Below are positions 1 to 11,935 of a DNA stretch of 54,016 nucleotides, one piece after another. The DNA comes from Macrostomum lignano (Eukaryota): NCBI GenBank assembly GCA_002269645.1, contig NIVC01003284.1, positions 1-54,016 on the forward strand. Direction: 5' to 3'. Below the pieces are notes generated by a model, which saw nothing but the letters and a program-made list of their open reading frames with translations, did not search any database and had not been told where the DNA came from. The number at the start of each line of letters is the position of its first letter. Within the stretch, counting starts at the first letter, position 1. A program made the position numbers and the translations under genes.

Positions 1-789
1 TTTTGCAATCAGAGCTTTTAGTCATATTTGAAGCAAACAATTTATATCCCTGAAATCAGCTTTGCAAGTTCTTTCCAGCAATATAAATTTTTTCTCTCAA
101 AGTTAAAAACTCGAGCAACAGTTTGCGTTTGAAACTTTCTGATTTAAAGCATTGAAATATCGATTGTACGTTCACTGCCTGCTAAAGAGGCCCGCAAGTT
201 TATGCATTGAATTTCAACGTTCAACAAATCACAGGGCTGCCTATTGAAAATTAGAACACAAATCTTTGCGCAATTGTCTATACAGTCAGCCAGTGAGCCA
301 GGGTCCGATTGTACACAGGCAGCCATTTAGAACGCCCCATCCCCCCACTGGAGAGAAAATACACTGCAGAGATAGGGAAAAGTTGTGGCGCAATCACTTG
401 AAATTCATGCAAATTTTCAGCTCCAAGCAGAAAGAGGGGACAATTAAGATTATCAAAGGTCAAGACCGCCGTTTTCTGCTTTTTTGAGGATTTTAGAAAT
501 TAAAATTTCAGAATTAAAATAGCCTATAGCCGACCTCGGATAATTTCCAATCTTCCCATATAAGTTTCAACGCTGAGTTGCCACTATTCAAGGAGGAGTT
601 GTCGAAATGACAGACAGACACACAGACAGACAGACAAACAACACGTCAACTTTAGTATATATAGACGAGTGGAACTCCTCCTTCGGAGGAGAAAGGGGAA
701 GAACTCCATCACCGGAATTCCATTCCCTGAAATATCCATCAACTGAAATTCCATGTCTTGAACCCTATCTTCCAAATCGTCTCCAAATT

Positions 790-1900
790 CTTTACAAAAC
801 CTTTCAAAGACCATAGCTCAAAGACTCTCACGTCTCTCATATCTCCTCTCTCTTCTATTCGCTATTATCGTGACTCTCTTCTCTCTCCTCTCTCTCATCT
901 CATCTCTACCCCTACTCCCTTATTTATCTCTTCTCCCTCGTCTTTCGTTTGTACCTTCTCCTGTCTCTTGTCTCCTCTCTTCTCTCATATCTCTCCTCTT
1001 CACTTCTGTCTCCTGTCTCCTCTCTTCTCTCTTCTCTCTTATCTCTCCCTCTTCTCTCCTTTCTCATATGTCATCTCTCCTTACTTATCTATCGTATCTC
1101 TTAACCTCTCTCTCTTCTCTTTTCTCTCCTATCTGCTTCTCGTTTCTCAAATCTCATATACGCTCTCACACTCTACTTTCTTGTCTCCCATCTTCCTTTC
1201 CTCCTTACCACTATCCCTGTCTCTTCTCTTCTCTCTTTTCTATCTCTCCATTCTCTCTTCTCTCCTCTCCTTTCTCCTTTCATCTTCTCCCCTCTCTTCT
1301 CTAATCTCTAATCTCTTCTCTCTTATGTTCTCACTCATCTCTTTTCTCATCGCTCCTCTCATCTCCTTTCATCGCATCTCTCATCTCTCCTCTCCACACT
1401 ACTTTCCTCTCTTAACTCTCTCATCTCTGATCCTTCATCTCTCTCCTCTCTCGCCTGTCTCTTCTCCTCTTGCTTCTCTGTCCTCTATCTCCTCTCATCT
1501 CTACTACCTTATTTATATCTTCTCCCTGGTCTTTGTCTTTACTCTCTCCTGTCTCCTTTCTCCCCTCTTTTCTCCTCTTTCTCTCTCCTTCTCCCTCCTG
1601 TCTCATCTCTCATCCCTCATCTCATTCTTTCTTTCTCCTCTACTTCCCCTCTCTTCTATTTCCTCTGTACGCTCTTATCCCTCATCTATTCTCTCTCCTA
1701 TCATCTCTCTTGTCTCCCTCTATCTCATATCTCCCTCTCATCTCCTCTCTCCTCTTCTCTTCTCTCTCCTTCGTTCCCGCCTTACTCCCTCTTCTCTCCC
1801 ATCTGTCATGTCTAATCTCTCCACTCAATTATACTCTGTTTTCTATCATCTCATCTCTCTTCTCTTTTTATTCTTCTCTTTACTCTCTTCTCTGACTGAT
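790..1900. repeat. CT-rich low-complexity tract inside Helitron-like unit 2 (related copy at about 3380-4095 in unit 3)
   Basis: Nearly pure pyrimidine + strand. The two tracts share sequence blocks and produce spurious Leu/Ser ORFs. Confidence 0.85.
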
Positions 1901-2296
1901 TGAAGATGCCAAATCCATCAAGATCCTCTCCGCGAAGCAGAAATCTTGTCTGTGCAACTGAAAACCATCGAAATCCTCTCCGTGAAACTGGACTCCTTCG
2001 AAATCCTCTCATTCTTCAACTTAAATCCATCAAAATGGTCTCCATAAAACAGAAATCAATATAAATTATCTCCGCGAAACAGAAATCCTCTCCGTGAAGC
2101 TGAACATCATCGAAATTCTCTCTTCGTGAAACTGAACATCATCGAAATCCTCTCTTCGTGAAACTGAACATCATCGAAATCCTCTCCACGAAACAGAAAT
2201 CCTCTCCGTCAAAATTAAAACATTGAAATCGTCTCCGCTAAACTGGACTCAATCAGTTTTTTTCCGTCAAACAACTTAACTTTCCAGATTCATTGG

Positions 2297-2320
2297 TTAG
2301 GGTTAGGGTTAGGGTTAGGG
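2297..2320 (+). repeat. Interstitial telomeric (TTAGGG)4; equivalent tracts at 4487-4510, 5686-5703, 6914-6931, 8089-8106, 9376-9399
   Basis: Perfect TTAGGG x3-4 at the same position in all six complete units, after a TTCAT(TGG) context. Confidence 0.9.
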
Positions 2321-5300
2321 TTAAACTACGCACAGCTTCGTGTTAAAAGGCACTGATAAAAATATTGAACTAATTGAATCAATTCATTGCGCAACCGATT
2401 TCACAGTCAGTCAGTATCAGTCTCAGTTAAAGTTAACAAAAGCATTGCGCAATCTAAATCAACCCTCCAATACACAGCAGCAGTGAGAAGTTAACCCTCC
2501 CCCAACTTTATCTATTACGTCTCGCAAAACTGAGTACAATTTTGCAGAAAGTTAAAAGTATGGAAATACTTTTTCAAATGCTGTGCTTTTTCTTTTCATA
2601 TTTAAAGCAAACAACTTATATCCCGAACTCAGCGTTGCAAGATCTTTCCAGCAATATAAGTTTCTCCTCTCAAAGTTTAAAACTCGAGGAACAGTTAGCG
2701 TTTGAAACTGTCTGATTTATAGCATTGAAGTATCGAGTGTACGTTCACTGCCTGCTTGCAAGTTGATGCATTGAATTTCAATGTCCAACAAATACACAGG
2801 ACTGCCCATTGAAAGGCAGGAAAACTTATCAGTAGCCATATCATTGCGCAATTATCTATAAAGTCAGCCAGTGAGCCAGGGTCCAAGTGTACACACGCAG
2901 CCACTGAGAACGCTCCCACCCCCCACTGGAAAGAAAATACACTACAGAGATAGGGAAAAGTTGTGGCGCAATCACTAAAAATTCATGCATTTTCAGCTCC
3001 AAGCAGAAAGAGGGGACAATTAAGATTATCAAAGGTCAAGACCGCCGTTTTCTGCTTTTTTGAGGATCTTAGAAATTAAAATTTCAGAATTAAAATAGCC
3101 TATAGCCGACCTCGGATAATTTCCAATCTTCCCATATAAGTTTCAACGCTGAGTTGCACTATTCAAGGAGGAGTTGTCGAAATGACAGACAGACAGACAA
3201 ACAACACGTCAACTTTAGTATATACGAGTGGAACTCCTCCTTCGGAGGAGAAAGGGGAAGAACTCCCATCACCGGAATTCTATTCCCTGAAATATCCATC
3301 AACTGAAATTCCATGTCTTTAACCCTATCTTCCAAATCGTCTCCAAATTCTTTACAAAATCTTTCAAAGACCATAGCTCAAAGACTCTCAAGTCTCTCAT
3401 ATCTCCTCTCTCCTCTCTTTCATCTCATCTCTACCCCTGCTCCCTTATTTATCTCTTCTCCTCGTCTTTCGTCTGTACCTTCTCCTGTCTTCTGTCTCCT
3501 CTCTTCACTCTTATCTCTCCCTCTTCTCTCCTCTCTCATATGTCATCTCTACTCACTTATCTATCGTCTCTCTTAACCCTCTCTCTCTCTTCTCTTTTCT
3601 CTTCTCTCTGCTCTCATTTCTCATATTTCATATACGCTCTGACACTACTTTCTTGTCTCCCATCTTTCTTCCTCCTTTTCACTATCCCCTGTCTCTTCTC
3701 TTCTCTCTTTTCTATTCTCTCCATTCTCTCTTTTCTCCTTTCCTTGCTCCTTTCATCTCTCTCCTCTCTCCTCACTCTCTTCTCCTTTCGCTTCTCTCTC
3801 CTCTCTCTCCTCTCATCTTTACTACCTTATTTATATCTTCTCCCTAGTCTTTCGTCTGTACTCTCTCCTGTCTCCTCTCTCCCCTGCTCTCTCATCCCTC
3901 ATCTCCTCATCTCACTCTTTCTTTCTCCTCTACTCTCCCCTCTCTTCTATTGCCTCTGTACGCTCTTATCCCTCATCTATTCTCTCTCCTATCATCTCCA
4001 ATCTGTCATGTCTAATCTCTCCACTCAATTATACTCTGTTTTCTATCATCTCTTCTCTCTTCTCTTTTCAGTCTTCTCTTTACTCTCTTCTCTGACTGAT
4101 TGAAGATGCCAAATCCATCAAGATCCTCTCCGCGAAGCAAAAATCCTGTCTGTGCAACTAAAAACCATCGAAATCCTCTCAGTGAAACTGGACTCCTTCG
4201 AAATCCTCTCCTTGAAACCTGAATCCATCAAAATTGTTTCCATAAAACAGAAATCAATCATAAATTATCTCCGCGAAACAGAAAGCCTCTCCGTGAAGCT
4301 GAACATGATCGAAATCCTCTCCGTGAAACTGAACACCATGGAAATCCTTTCGTGAAACTGAACATCATCGAAATCCTCTCCACGAAACAGAAATCTTCTC
4401 CGTCAGAATTTAAACATTGAAATCGTCTCCGCTAAACTTGACTTAATCGAATTTTTTCCGTCAAACAACTCAACTCGCCAGATTCATTAGGGTTAGGGTT
4501 AGGGTTAGGGTTAGAACTACGCACAGCTTCGTGTTAAAAGGCACAGATAAAAATATTGAACTAATTGAATCAATTCATTGCGCAACCGATTTCACAGTCA
4601 GTCAGTATCAGCCTCAGGTAAAGTTAACAAAAGATTGCGCAATCTAAATCAACCCTCCAATCCACAGCAGCAGTGAGAAGTTGAACCCTCCCCCCAACTT
4701 TATCTATTACGTCTTGCAAAACTGAGTACAATATTTGCAAAAAGTTAAAAGTATGGAAATAGTTTTCCAAATGCTGTGCTTTTTCTTTTCATAGTTAAAG
4801 CAAACAACTTATATCCCCGAACTCAGCGTTGCAAGATCTTGCCAGCAATATAAGTTTCTCCTCTCAAAGTTTAAAACTCGAGGAACAGTTAGCGTTTGAA
4901 ACTGTCTGATTTATAGCATTGAAGTATCGAGTGTACGTTCACTGCCTGCTTGCAAGTTGATGCATTGAATTTCAATGTCCAACAAATACACAGGACTGCC
5001 CATTGATAGGCAGGAAAACTTATCAGTAGCCATATCATTGCGCAATTATCTATAAAGTCAGCCAGTGAGCCAGGGTCCAATTGTACACACGCCGCCAATG
5101 AGAACGCGCCCATTCCCCCACAGGAGAGAAAATGCACTGGCGACATAGGAAAAAGTTGTGGCGTAATCACTCAAAATTTATGCCAATTTTCAGCTCCGAG
5201 CAGAAAGAGGGGACAATTAAGATTATCAAAGGTCAAGACCGCCGTTTTCTGCTTTTTTAGGGATCTTAAAAATTGAAAATGAAAGATTAAAATAGCCTAA

Positions 5301-8300
5301 AGCCATCCTCGGAAAATTTGCAGTTTTCCCATATAAGTTTCAACGCTGAGTTGCAAGTATTCTAGGAGGAGTTATCGAACTGACATACAGACAGACAAAC
5401 AACGCGTCAACTTTAGTATATACGAGGCCAACTCCTCCTTCGGAGAAGAAAGGGGAAGAACTCCAATCAGCGGAATTCCATTCCCTGAACTCCATCAGCG
5501 GAATCCCATTTTCCAACACCTCTCCGCGCAACAGAAATCGTCTCCGTGAAACTGAACACTATCGAAATCCTCTCCGTGAAACTGAACACCATCGAAATAT
5601 TCTCCGCGAAATAGAAATCCTCTCCGTGAAACTGGACTAAATCGAAATTTCTACGTCAAACAGCCCAGCTCTCAGAATTCATTGGTTAGGGTTAGGGTTA
5701 GGGTTAGAGCTACACACAGCTGCGTGTTGAAAGGCGCCGTAAAAACATTGAACCAATTAAATTGCGCAACTTATTTCTCAGGCAGTCAGTATCAGCGTCA
5801 GTTAAAGTTAACAAAAAGATTGCGCAATCTAAATCAACCCTCAATACACAGCAACCGACCCCCTTCCAATACGCAGTGCAGCTAGAAATTGAACCCCCCT
5901 ACCAACTATTGGGGGGTCGGTCGAACCCCCATTGAACTCCAAAATGAGCAAAATCTTTGCAGAAAGCTAAAAGTATGAAAATCTTTTCTTGAATGCTGTG
6001 AATTTAATTTTCATATTTAAAGCAAAAAACTTATATCCCCGAACTCATCGCAGCAAGATCTTTCCAGCAATATAAGTCTCTCCTCTCTAAGTTCAAAACT
6101 CGAGCAACAGTTAGTGTTTGAAACTTTCTGATTTTAAGCATTGAAATATCGAGTGTACGTTCACTGCCTGCTAAAGATGCTCGCAAGTTTATGCATTAAA
6201 ATGCACTGAATTTCACTGTGCAAAAAATACACAGGGCTTCCTGTTAAAAAACAGAACACAAATAGTTGCGCAATTGTCTATAAAGTCAGCCAGTGAGCCA
6301 GGGTCCGATTGTACACACGCCGCCAATGAGAACGCGCCCATTCCCCCACAGGAGAGAAAACGCACTGGCGACATAGGAAAAAGTTGTGGCGTAATCACTC
6401 AAAATTTATGCCAATTTTCAGCTCCGAGCAGAAAGAGGGGACAATAAGATTATCAAAGGTCAGAATTGCTGCTTTCTGCTTTTTTAGGGATCTTAAAATT
6501 AAAAATGAAAGATTAAAATAGCCTAAAGCCATCCTCGGAAAATTTGCAGTTTTCCCATATAAGTTTCAACGCTGAGTTGCAAGTATTCTAGGAGGAGTTA
6601 TCGAACTGACATACATACAGACAAACAACGCACCACTTTTAGTATTAAGACGAGGCCAACTCCTCCTTCGGAGAAGAAAGGGGAAGAACTCCAATCAGCG
6701 GAATTCCATTCCCTGAACTCCATCAGCGGAATCCCATTTTCCAACACCTCTCCGCGCAACAGAAATCGTCTCCGTGAAACTGAACACTATCGAAATCCTC
6801 TCCGTGAAACTGAACACCATCGAAATATTCTCCGCGAAATAGAAATCCTCTCCGTGAAACTGGACTAAATCGAAATTTCTACGTCAAACAGCCTAGCTCT
6901 CAGAATTCATTGGTTAGGGTTAGGGTTAGGGTTAGAGCTACACACAGCTGCGTGTTGAAAGGCGCCGTAAAAACATTGAACCAATTAAATTGCGCAACTT
7001 ATTTCTCAGGCAGTCAGTATCAGCCTCAGTTAAAGTTAACAAAAGATTGCGCAATCTAAATCAACCCTCAATACACAGCAACCGACCCCCTTCCAATACG
7101 CAGTGCAGCTAGAAATTGAACCCCCCCCACCAACTATTGGGGGGTCGGTCGAACCCCCATTGAACTCCAAAATGAGAACAATCTTTGCAGAAAGCTAAAA
7201 GTATGAAAATCTTTTCTTGAATGCTGTGAATTTAATTTTCATATTTAAAGCAAAAAACTTATATCCCCGAACTCAGCGCTGCAAGCTCTTTCCAGCAATA
7301 AAGTCTCGTCTCTCAAAGTTAAAAATCGAGCAACAGTTAGCGTTTGAAACTTTCTGATTTTAAGCATTGAAATATCGAGTGTACCTTCACTGCCTGCTAA
7401 AGATGCTCGCGAGTTTATGCATTAAAATGCACTGAATTTCACTGTGCAAAAAATACACAGGGCTTCCTGTTAAAAAACAGAACACAAATAGTTGCGCAAT
7501 TGTCTATAAAGTCAGCCAGTGAGCCAGGGTCCGATTGTACACACGCCGCCAATGAGAACGCGCCCATTCCCCCACAGGAGAGAAAATGCACTGGCGACAT
7601 AGGAAAAAGTTGTGGCGTAATCACTCAAAATTTATGCAATTTTCAGCTCCGAGCAGAAAAAGTGTCCAGAGAAGGTTAGGAAATCAGATTTCTGCTTTTT
7701 TAGGGATCTTAAAATTAAAAAATGAAAGATTAAAACAGCCTAAAGCCGATTCCGGAAAATTTGCAGTATTCCCATATAAGTTTCAACGCTGAGTTGCACG
7801 TAGTCTAGGAGGAGATATCCTACAAACAAACAGACAAACAAACAAACAAACAACGCACCAACTTTAGTATTAAGACGAGGCCAACTCCTCCTTCGGAGAA
7901 GAAAGGGGAAGAACTCCAATCAGCGGAATTCCATTCCCTGAACTCCATCAGCGGAATCCCATTTTCCAACACCTCTCCGCGCAACAGAAATCGTCTCCGT
8001 GAAACTGAACACTATCGAAATCCTCTCCGTGAAACTGGACTAAATCGAAATTTCTACGTCAAACAGCCCAGCTCTCAGAATTCATTGGTTAGGGTTAGGG
8101 TTAGGGTTGACAGCTGCGTGTTGAAAGGCGCCGTAAAAACATTGAACCAATTAAATTGCGCAACTTATTTCTCAGGCAGTCAGTATCAGCCTCAGTTAAA
8201 GTTAACAAAAAGATTGCGCAATCTAAATCAACCCTCAAATACACAGCAACCGACCCCCCTTCCAATACGCAGTGCAGCTAGAAATTGAACTCCCCCCACC

Positions 8301-11300
8301 AACTATTGGGGGTCGTCGGTCGAACCCCCATTGAACTCCAAAATGAGCACAATCTTTGCAGAAAGCTAAAAGTATGAAAATCTTTTCTTGAATGCTGTGA
8401 ATTTAATTTTCATATTTAAAGCAAAAAACTTATATCCCCGAACTCATTGCAGCAAGATCTTTCCAGCAATATAAGTCTCTCCTCTCTAAGTTCAAAACTC
8501 GAGCAACAGTTAGTGTTTGAAACTTTCTGATTTTAAGCATTGAAATATCGAGTGTACGTTCACTGCCTGCTAAAGATGCTCGCAAGTTTATGCATTAAAA
8601 TGCACTGAATTTCACCGTGCAAAAAATACACAGGGCTTCCTGTTAAAAAACAGAACACAAATAGTTGCGCAATTGTCTATAAAGTCAGTCAGTGAGCCAG
8701 GGTTCAAGTGTACACACGCAGCCACTGAGAACGCGACCATCCCCCACTTGAGAGAAAATACACTGCCAAGATAGAAAAATTTTATGGCGCAATCACTAAA
8801 ATTGATGCAAATTTTCAGCTCCAAGCAGAAAGAGGGGACAATTAAGATTATCAAAGGTCAAGACCGCCATTTTCTGCTTTTTTAGGGATCTTAAAAATTG
8901 AAAATGAAAGATTAAAATAGCCTAAAGCCATCCTCGGAAAATTTGCAGTTTTCCCATATAAGTTTCAACGCTGACTTGCAAGTATTCTAGGAGGAGTTAT
9001 CCAACAAACACACACACACACAGACAAACAACGCACCAGTTTTAGTATTAAGACGAGGCCAACTCCTCCTCTGGAGGAGAAAGGGGAAGAATTCCCATCA
9101 CCGGTACTCCATTCCCTGAAATGCCATTCCCTGAATCCCATCATCCAACTCCTCTCCGCGAAACTGAACATCATCGAAATCTTCTCCGTAAAAGAGAACT
9201 CCATCAAACACCTCTCCGTGAAACTGACATTCATCAAAATCCCCTCCGAGAAATAGAAATCCTCTCCACCAAACAGAAATCCTCTCCGTCAAAATTAAAA
9301 CATTGAAATCGTCTCCGCTAAACTGGACTCAATCGATTTTTTCCGTCAAACAACTCAACTCTCCAGATTCATTGGTTAGGGTTAGGGTTAGGGTTAGGGT
9401 TAGAACTACGCACAGCTTCGTGTTAGAAGGCACTGATAAAAATATTGAACTAATTGAATCAATTCATTGCGCAACCGATTTCTCAGTCAGTCAGTATCAG
9501 TCTCAGTTAAAGTTAACAAAAACATTGCGCAATCTAAATCAACCCTCCAATACACAGCAGCAGTGAGAAGTTGAACCCTCCCCCCCCAACTTTATCTATT
9601 ACGTCTCGCAAAACTGAGAACAATTTTTGCAGAAAATTAAAAGCATGGAAATAGTTTTTTTAAATGCTGTGCTTTTTCTTTTCATATTTAAAGATAACAA
9701 ATTATATCCCCGAACTCAGCGTTGCAAGATCTTTCCAGCAATATAAGTTTCTCCTATCAAAGTTAGAAACTCGAGCAACAGTTTGCGTTTGAAACTTTCT
9801 GATTTAAAGCATTGAAATATCGAGTGTACGTTCACTGCCTGCTAAAGAGGCTCGCAAGTTTATGCATTGAATTTCAATGTCCAAAACTTCACAGGGCAGC
9901 CTATTGAAAGGCACAGATAATAAAACAAATTGATGGCGCAACCGATTTCACAGTCAGTCAGTATCAGTCTCAGTTCAAGTTAACAAAAAGTTTGCGCAAT
10001 CTAAATCAACCCTCCAGTACACAGCGCCCGACCCCCTTCCACTACGCAGTGGCAGTTAGAAATTGAACCCCCAACTGTTGGGGGGTCGGTCGAACGCCCA
10101 TTGAACCCCAAAATGAGTACAATCTTTGCAGAAAGCTAAAAGTCTGGAAATAGTTTTTTTGATGCTGTGCTTTTAGTTTTTCTATTTAAAGCAAACAATT
10201 TATATCCTCGAACTCAGTGTTGCAAGATCTATTCAGCAGTATAAGTCTCTTCTCTTAACATTTAGAACTCGAAGAGCAGTTAGCGTTTGAAACTGTCTGA
10301 TTTATAGCATTGAAGTATCGAGTGTACGTTAACTACCTGCTTGCTAGCTGATGCATTGAATTTCAATGTCCAACAAATACACAGGGCTGCCCATTGAGAG
10401 GCAAGAAAACTTATCAGTAGCCAAATCATTGCGCAATTATCTATACAGTCAGCCAGTGAGCCAGGGTCCAAGTGTACACACGCCGCCACTGAGAACGCCC
10501 CCATCCCCCACTGGAGAGAAAATACACTGCCGAGATAGGAAAAAGTTGTTGCGTAATCACTCAAAATTCATGCAAATTTTCAGCTCCGAGCGGAAAGAGA
10601 GGACAATTAAGATTATCAAAGGTCAGAATTGCCGTTTTCTGCTTTTTAGGGATCTTAAAATGTAAAAATAAAAGATTAAAATAGCCTAAAGCCATCCTCG
10701 GAAAATTTGCAGTTTTCCCACATAAGTTTCAACGCTGACTTGCAAGTATTCTAGGAGGTACACAGGGCTTCCTGTTAAAAAACAGAACACAAATAGTTGC
10801 GCAATTGTCTATAAAGTCAGTCAGTGAGCCAGGGTTCAAGTGTACACACGCAGCCACTGAGAACGCGACCATCCCCCCACTTGAGAGAAAATACACTGCC
10901 AAGATAGAAAAATTTTATGGCGCAATCACTAAAATTGATGCAAATTTTCAGCTCCAAGCAGAAAGAGGGGACAATTAAGATTATCAAAGGTCAAGACCGC
11001 CATTTTCTGCTTTTTTAGGGATCTTAAAATGTAAAAATAAAAGATTAAAATAGCCTAAAGCCATCCTCGGAAAATTTGCAGTTTTCCCACATAAGTTTCA
11101 ACGCTGACTTGCAAGTATTCTAGGAGGAGATATCCAACAAACACACACACACACAGACAAACAACGCACCAGTTTTAGTATTAAGATAGATAGATAGAGA
11201 GAGATATAGAGAGAGATTTGTGCCCTGTGCGAAAGTTAAAAAAACTCTATTTTAGTTGACAAATAAAAATACTTTTAAATCATAGTTAACAATTGACTTC

Positions 11301-11935
11301 ACGTAATTAGTGCAATCTGAAATAGCGATTTACGTTAACATACTTAACCCATTATTAAGATTAGGTAGTATTGTTTTTCTACGTCATAAAATTGTTAAAT
11401 TTAAAATGGTTGATTCCACGATAAGTATACTATTTTTCTCTTACCCACCTTATCTATAGATTCACCCGTCTGGCTTAGAAATTTTTAATTAGGAACGACT
11501 GCTACATTTACTAATCTTCCTTGTACCCACTTTAGCATTTTATGGTAACCCTCAAAGCCTTTTCAGGCAAAGTTCACTAGTTGATATTAGAGGACTAATT
11601 TATTTTAACATTCTTTAGTTTTGTAGACTGTTAGTGTTAGACAATTAAGCCCTTAAAAGTTCAAAGTGACATGATTTTTCAAGAGTAGACATCGATCCTA
11701 GCTAGTTTCATAGTAAAATCTTTGACTAAACTAAAGAAAAAGCACCCTTATGTAGCTATCCATAAGCAATAGGCCATAGCAGTTATACCAAATATAAATA
11801 TTATCAATTAGGGCCTATTCACATTGTATTTAAGGCACACCATATTTAATACTAGGGCCTAGAGACAAAATCTAAGGCAAATCTATAAGCCTAGTTATGG
11901 CATCAAATGTAAAACCTTCATTGTCCTCAGACCGC

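Larger units (their letters stand above)
1..11186 (-). mobile_element. Head-to-tail tandem array of a non-autonomous Helitron-like element; units <1-665, 666-3224, 3225-5422, 5423-6650, 6651-7875, 7876-9053, 9054-11186
   Basis: The same ~1.2 kb backbone recurs throughout. On the minus strand the units start TCT(A/T)ATACTAAA followed by a (GTCT/GT/GTTT)n microsatellite; the units ending at 3224 and 5422 lack the first TC. Units end in a CTCCTCC-NNN-GGAG(G/A)AG hairpin (e.g. 675-691) 9 nt before a terminal CTCG. The right edge reads A|TC at 11187/11186 with no TSD or TIR. No Rep/helicase ORF is present. Confidence 0.75.

Noticed and set aside
758-4103. Long Leu/Ser-rich ORFs (381 aa, 187 aa and others) that resemble membrane proteins
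   Set aside because: They are translations of CT-rich low-complexity DNA that lacks stops by composition and is open in several frames.
1-11186. The array as a true telomere or as an LTR/TIR element
   Set aside because: TTAGGG tracts are only 18-24 bp and internal to the units; no TIRs, TSDs, PBS/PPT or coding capacity were found.
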